A DNA stretch of 64,000 bases, taken from contig JBHLMN010000013.1 in the NCBI GenBank assembly GCA_048938105.1, forward strand, positions 32,001 to 96,000. Direction: 5' to 3'. Position 1 is the first letter of the stretch. Each line of letters begins with the position of its first letter. This stretch comes from Promethearchaeota archaeon. Its GTDB lineage: Archaea; Asgardarchaeota; Heimdallarchaeia; Hodarchaeales; Hodarchaeaceae. The notes beneath the pieces are model-generated. The model was not told where the DNA came from. It did no database searches and was given only the letters and a program-made list of their open reading frames with translations. The translations under genes were made by a program, and so were the position numbers. Positions 59,722 through 64,000 of this stretch are shown one piece after another.

Positions 59722-59736
59722 ATGTATTGATTCTTT

Positions 59737-62556
59737 TTAATCCCAATATTCTCGTGTACGAGCAAAATTAGCCTCATGTTTGTAAATTAATGCAAGGAGA
59801 TCCTCGTTATCTTTCTGAGGTGACCTAAGAATTCTAATTGCAGTAGTCGGGCCAATTCCACGTCCAGCTAGGACGAATGCGGCCTTTTTGCCAAAAGATA
59901 ATATCAAATCAGCCGATTTTTTTGCAGTGTTGAGTTCTTTTTTTTCCTCCCGCGATAATTTTCTCTCTTTTGATACAGATTTCTTTAATAAACCCTTTAT
60001 CCCTGTTTTATTCTGATGTACGACGGCAATGAAGCGAGAATTGCATTTAGGACATTGAATATCTTCCCCTAAACTCTCTACACGTTGAACTTTTTCAAAT
60101 TTACAATCGAGCCTCATACATACGAGTCTTATCCAGGTATTTCTAATTCTTTTTTCTACTTTTTCTAAAATGATGTGTGAGGGTCTTAATTTAAGAACAT
60201 TCAGGGAAATTGGTTGAGTCGCTGCAAATGAAAGTGGAGTTACAAATCGCTTTACAGTAATTTCTTCAATCTTCAGTGTTCCCCTATAAATACGTTCAAA
60301 GAAATCAACAACTGCTTTTATATCCATTTTTTCATAGATAATTTCATTAATTGTTTCTTCACCAATAATTGTATCTTTGTAGCGAGAAACAATCAATCTA
60401 GTCATCATTGGGGAACTTTCCATATCTTCTGAAACTACTCCAAATCTTTTGGCCACCTGACGGATTCTCCATCCAAACAAGTCGCTAGTACTAATTCGAT
60501 GTTTCAACAAAGGTGGGATGTGTTCAGGTTTGATAGTTTTGAGAATGGATTTCAGGTTCGTTGGTCTTGGTAATGAAAGAAAGATTGAATAAGGATCTGA
60601 ACGAAATTCAATAGAATAACCATGTTTAGCTCCAACTAGTGAAGAAACTAATAGCCCTAAGGTTTCATTGCCTTTTGATCCTAGGAAACTGTGAAGGACT
60701 TTTTGTCTTCCTGCTGACTCAATGAGAATCTTATTCTTCCTTGGAACAACTCCAAGGTTTTTGTGTTCATTAATAAAAGCTAACAATTCATCTCGGACTG
60801 GTGATGGTTTCATTTCATTTAGAAGATTGTTCTCGAATAATTCTTTTGCTGCCTCTGTCACCATCTGAGATACAGGTATTAATTCTCCCTCCCATGTGGG
60901 TATAGCTGCCTCTGTTAATCCCTTTACCTGACGAACTTCAATTCGATCTTCTTTTTGAGCTAGAAATTCCCAAGGAAGACCATTCAAGATGAAAATGGCC
61001 CCTTTTTCCCCTCTAGTTGAAACAAAAGCTTCGTCCAATTGTCCTACTCTGCGTTGTCTTCCTATATCAATAACGCTATAATTTCTTTTAGTTGGAATGC
61101 TACTGAGATTTGAATAATAATATTTGAAAGCTTTTCTTTTAGCTCTCAGAGAAATAATTCCTGAATTTGGCTCTTTGTTAATGTAGAAGAAATAATTTTC
61201 TTTGCCATATTCTAATAATGGTAAAAGATCCTGAGGAGTGAAATTCTTATATGGGTATGTATTTTTAATTATTTTCATTATTGTCTGTATTTTTGTTTCT
61301 CCAAAATCAAGTAAAATTCCTATTATACTATGAAAAAGAATATCAAAAGCAAATGAATGGATTGATGTTGGTTCAACTTCCTCCTTAGAAACACATTGCT
61401 TTATTGTAAAAGACTCTAAAAGATCTCGTGGTGTTTCTGTTATTATAATACCCTGACTAACACGATCTAATCCATGACCCGAGCGGCCTACTCTTTGAAT
61501 GAGAGTTTCTATTCTTCTTGGACTCATATACTGGATTACTAAGCTCACAGCACCAATATCTATTCCTAATTCGAGGGAAGAAGTAGCAATAATTAATTGT
61601 AAGTTTCCCTCTCTAACCTCTGTCTCTGCTTGCAATCGAGATTGTGCTGATAAACTGGAATGGTGAACTTCGAAGTTTATTCGCTCATTAATGTCAATAT
61701 TTTCGTTATAACGGTTAAACCGATAACCAAGAATTTCTGCTTGTTGTCTTGTATTAGTAAAAAGTAAGACTGTTCCAAACTCTTGCTTAATGATTTCAAC
61801 TATCCGAAAAAATCTTGCTGCTGCCTCTTCTGTAGTTTGTAATATTTTGGTGTATTCCTGAAGATTTGGAGATAATTGAGTTGGATATTCAATTGTAAGT
61901 TGTAGTTGTTTTAAAGAGGGGATTTCAACAACTTTATAATTAGTACTTTTTGGTGCAAGAAAAGTCATCACTTTATCAGGGTTTCCCAAAGTTGCGGAGA
62001 GCCCTATTCGCTGAACTTTTCTACCTGTGCGCATAGAGAGACGTTCTAAAGCAATAGAAAGTTGTAATCCTCGTTTCGTTTCAACTAATTCGTGGATTTC
62101 ATCAACAACCACTGTTTGAACATTCTTAAGCCATTCTCGCCCTAGGATTTTGGCTGGTAATAAAGCCTGAAATAATTCAGGAGTAGTGATTAAAATTTGT
62201 GGAGGATCTTTGGTTTGTCTTCTTCTTTCAGCATTGGTTGTGTCTCCATGACGAACTGCAATTGATACTCCTAGTTTTTCTCCTAATGATGGTAATACTC
62301 TTCGAAAAATATCCCGATTGAGGGCCTTAAGTGGTGTTATCACCACAGTTGCGATTGGGGTTGATTTTCCAGAAATAATTCGATGAAGACAAGCGATAAT
62401 TGTCCCAAAGGTCTTTCCAGAGCCAGTACTAGCGACAACCAAGACATCTTTTTTAGCAATGATAGCTTCAAGATATTCTAATTGTCCAGGCGTTGGAGAA
62501 AGCCCTAACTCTTCTAAAAGCTTTTGGATTTGAGGATTCAAAATTTCGAATGACAC
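59737..62556 (-). CDS. lhr: Lhr-family SF2 helicase (archaeal, C-terminal Cys4 region)
   Basis: STGSGKT, PLKALNRD, RHGDT, DEIHE, ATSSLELGIDIG, QRVGRSGH; CMRLDC...CPKC; GRGIGP.TA. Confidence 0.93.
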   Translation of the reverse strand: MSFEILNPQIQKLLEELGLSPTPGQLEYLEAIIAKKDVLVVASTGSGKTFGTIIACLHRIISGKSTPIATVVITPLKALNRDIFRRVLPSLGEKLGVSIAVRHGDTTNAERRRQTKDPPQILITTPELFQALLPAKILGREWLKNVQTVVVDEIHELVETKRGLQLSIALERLSMRTGRKVQRIGLSATLGNPDKVMTFLAPKSTNYKVVEIPSLKQLQLTIEYPTQLSPNLQEYTKILQTTEEAAARFFRIVEIIKQEFGTVLLFTNTRQQAEILGYRFNRYNENIDINERINFEVHHSSLSAQSRLQAETEVREGNLQLIIATSSLELGIDIGAVSLVIQYMSPRRIETLIQRVGRSGHGLDRVSQGIIITETPRDLLESFTIKQCVSKEEVEPTSIHSFAFDILFHSIIGILLDFGETKIQTIMKIIKNTYPYKNFTPQDLLPLLEYGKENYFFYINKEPNSGIISLRAKRKAFKYYYSNLSSIPTKRNYSVIDIGRQRRVGQLDEAFVSTRGEKGAIFILNGLPWEFLAQKEDRIEVRQVKGLTEAAIPTWEGELIPVSQMVTEAAKELFENNLLNEMKPSPVRDELLAFINEHKNLGVVPRKNKILIESAGRQKVLHSFLGSKGNETLGLLVSSLVGAKHGYSIEFRSDPYSIFLSLPRPTNLKSILKTIKPEHIPPLLKHRISTSDLFGWRIRQVAKRFGVVSEDMESSPMMTRLIVSRYKDTIIGEETINEIIYEKMDIKAVVDFFERIYRGTLKIEEITVKRFVTPLSFAATQPISLNVLKLRPSHIILEKVEKRIRNTWIRLVCMRLDCKFEKVQRVESLGEDIQCPKCNSRFIAVVHQNKTGIKGLLKKSVSKERKLSREEKKELNTAKKSADLILSFGKKAAFVLAGRGIGPTTAIRILRSPQKDNEDLLALIYKHEANFARTREYWD

Positions 62557-62796
62557 GAATCAATATCTTCCATTTGTATTAAGATCAGAAAGAAACTGCC
62601 GGAAAAGCAGTCAATTAAATCTTATTTTAACAAAATAGAAGGACGATATACAATTCTTTCTAAGATGGCAACAGATAACAAGGTCATTGGTGATGAAGTT
62701 TTGTATTGATCACTGTCCATTCTTACATTCATTTTCTTGAAGAAAATTAATTTGCCTCCTAGTTTCCATTAAAAGCGACAATATTTTCATGAAAAA

Positions 62797-63858
62797 TTAA
62801 GCTGCTTCATGAATAAGGCAAGTTAATAGATAATCTACCAGAGGCGTGTTCCTGTCAAATTCTGAAATATTTTCTTGTACTATAAACGATATAGGCTTTT
62901 TCTGGACTAATCTTCCCCGAGGAGGTCTGGGAATTTTATTAATTACCATGACAATTTTTGTATCATCAATCATTTCCATATTATGCAGAGCTCTGATCTC
63001 TTTTGTTGTAACATGTGTATCTATAATGAGGATGTTGTAAGGGTTTGGATCCTGCCAAGTTTCAATAACCTCTTGGAGATATTCAAAGGTTGGACAGTGA
63101 ATAGCAAGGATTTCTTTAGCTAATAAGACTTTATACAACGACTCGAATGTACTATCGTCTTTACAAAGAAGTAAAAGTTTTCTGGATTCTTGTTTAAAGA
63201 TGTTATTTGTTAAATCTTTCAATAGGCGATGTAAAACCTCTTGAACCTTCGCTTCTAGCAATATATCATTGATTAATGAAGACACAACGTCTTTAAGATT
63301 TGAGATTAGTTCTAATGAGCTTAATAAAGCTTCGGGACTTGATTCAGCAAATAATTGAAGTCCTCTCCAATGAAGGAGATCCAAGGGCATATTTCCTGTG
63401 ATTGCTTCATTAAAAAGGTTTTGAAATTGCTCTCGTTTAATATCATCTATAAGTTCTTGATCCAGAAGAAAATTTTTGATTTCCTTAGTAAAAGGATCCT
63501 TTATTTCTATCCAATCATAAAACATGTGATCAATTTTTTTGTAATACATGTCAACGAATCTTGTACCAATGAACTGCAACATTATATGAACTGAAAATGG
63601 CTGCAACTTCTCATCTCCTCCAGTAACAATTGCAGTAACTATCGTATCATCAATAGTTTCAAAGTAAAGTTCATCCTCTCCCAGCTTTAAATATTCAATA
63701 GTTTTGTTTTCAGCGCTAAGAAATTCAGCAAAATTTGAGAGTCCAGCTACAAGACCAGAAAAAAGAGTTTCATCTATTTGATAATCAGAAAACGGAGCAC
63801 AATATTCATAGTAACATATTCCAACTTTAGACACAATCCACAGATTCTTGATGATCAT
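62797..63858 (-). CDS. Longin-like N-terminal domain protein with C-terminal receiver-like domain
   Basis: LWIVSKVGICYY...DETLFSGLVAGLSNFAE (Asgard longin-like pattern); C-terminal LLLLCKDD...YNILIID resembles REC fold; ATG at 63858. Confidence 0.55.
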   Translation of the reverse strand: MIIKNLWIVSKVGICYYEYCAPFSDYQIDETLFSGLVAGLSNFAEFLSAENKTIEYLKLGEDELYFETIDDTIVTAIVTGGDEKLQPFSVHIMLQFIGTRFVDMYYKKIDHMFYDWIEIKDPFTKEIKNFLLDQELIDDIKREQFQNLFNEAITGNMPLDLLHWRGLQLFAESSPEALLSSLELISNLKDVVSSLINDILLEAKVQEVLHRLLKDLTNNIFKQESRKLLLLCKDDSTFESLYKVLLAKEILAIHCPTFEYLQEVIETWQDPNPYNILIIDTHVTTKEIRALHNMEMIDDTKIVMVINKIPRPPRGRLVQKKPISFIVQENISEFDRNTPLVDYLLTCLIHEAA

Positions 63859-64000
63859 TAGAATTTCCTTGAATAGCTTATAAAGACAAAGTAACATGGA
63901 ATCGTAAAAATTTTCGAAAGGAGTCTATACATTAAATATGATATCCTGTTCATATATTAAAGTTAGTATTTCAGGAATGTTCCTTTAAAGGCAAATGAAA

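Noticed and set aside
796-63594. Numerous 60-140 aa ORFs in the track overlapping or antisense to long genes (e.g. 1790-2206, 14109-14513, 30716-30943, 39068-39415, 49478-49735)
   Set aside because: Shadow frames of well-supported genes or of promoter DNA, with no motifs or RBS

Overview
AT-rich archaeal chromosome segment, most likely an Asgard archaeon (Heimdallarchaeia-like). This is inferred from longin/uDENN- and roadblock-like proteins, archaeal Lhr, COG2413 nucleotidyltransferase and type-2 IleRS, and TATA-type promoters. Left arm (1-13.5 kb): leucine catabolism genes (mccB, liuC), nitrilase + NadE, a split glutamate synthase cluster with a divergent Lrp, and a short bacterial-type AlaRS. 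Between alaS and ileS lies a ~32 kb redox/amino-acid block with paralogous double-HTH regulators near both ends. It holds a TSUP transporter, HycI protease, malic enzyme, a group 4 [NiFe]-hydrogenase in complex I gene order, small ORFs, GDH, and an operon of pseudo-GDH, TIR, HdrA-MvhD, FrhB, GltB3 and GltB2. Right arm: ileS, roadblock-like protein, IMPase, hydrolases, ABC exporter, NTase/MPE/Lhr, and a longin-receiver-like fusion. Most notable: (1) three Cys-rich mini-proteins (C-x6-C-x2-C-x-C-x3-C-F-P; one missing from the ORF track) on both sides of the hydrogenase, two sharing a 69/72-nt identical structured leader; (2) a four-promoter motif TGTAC[A/T]-N5-TATA-N22-GACC with invariant spacing; (3) a possible electron-bifurcating, amidotransferase-less glutamate synthase complex. 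No rRNA, tRNA, CRISPR array or transposase was recognised. All calls are by eye, without database searches.
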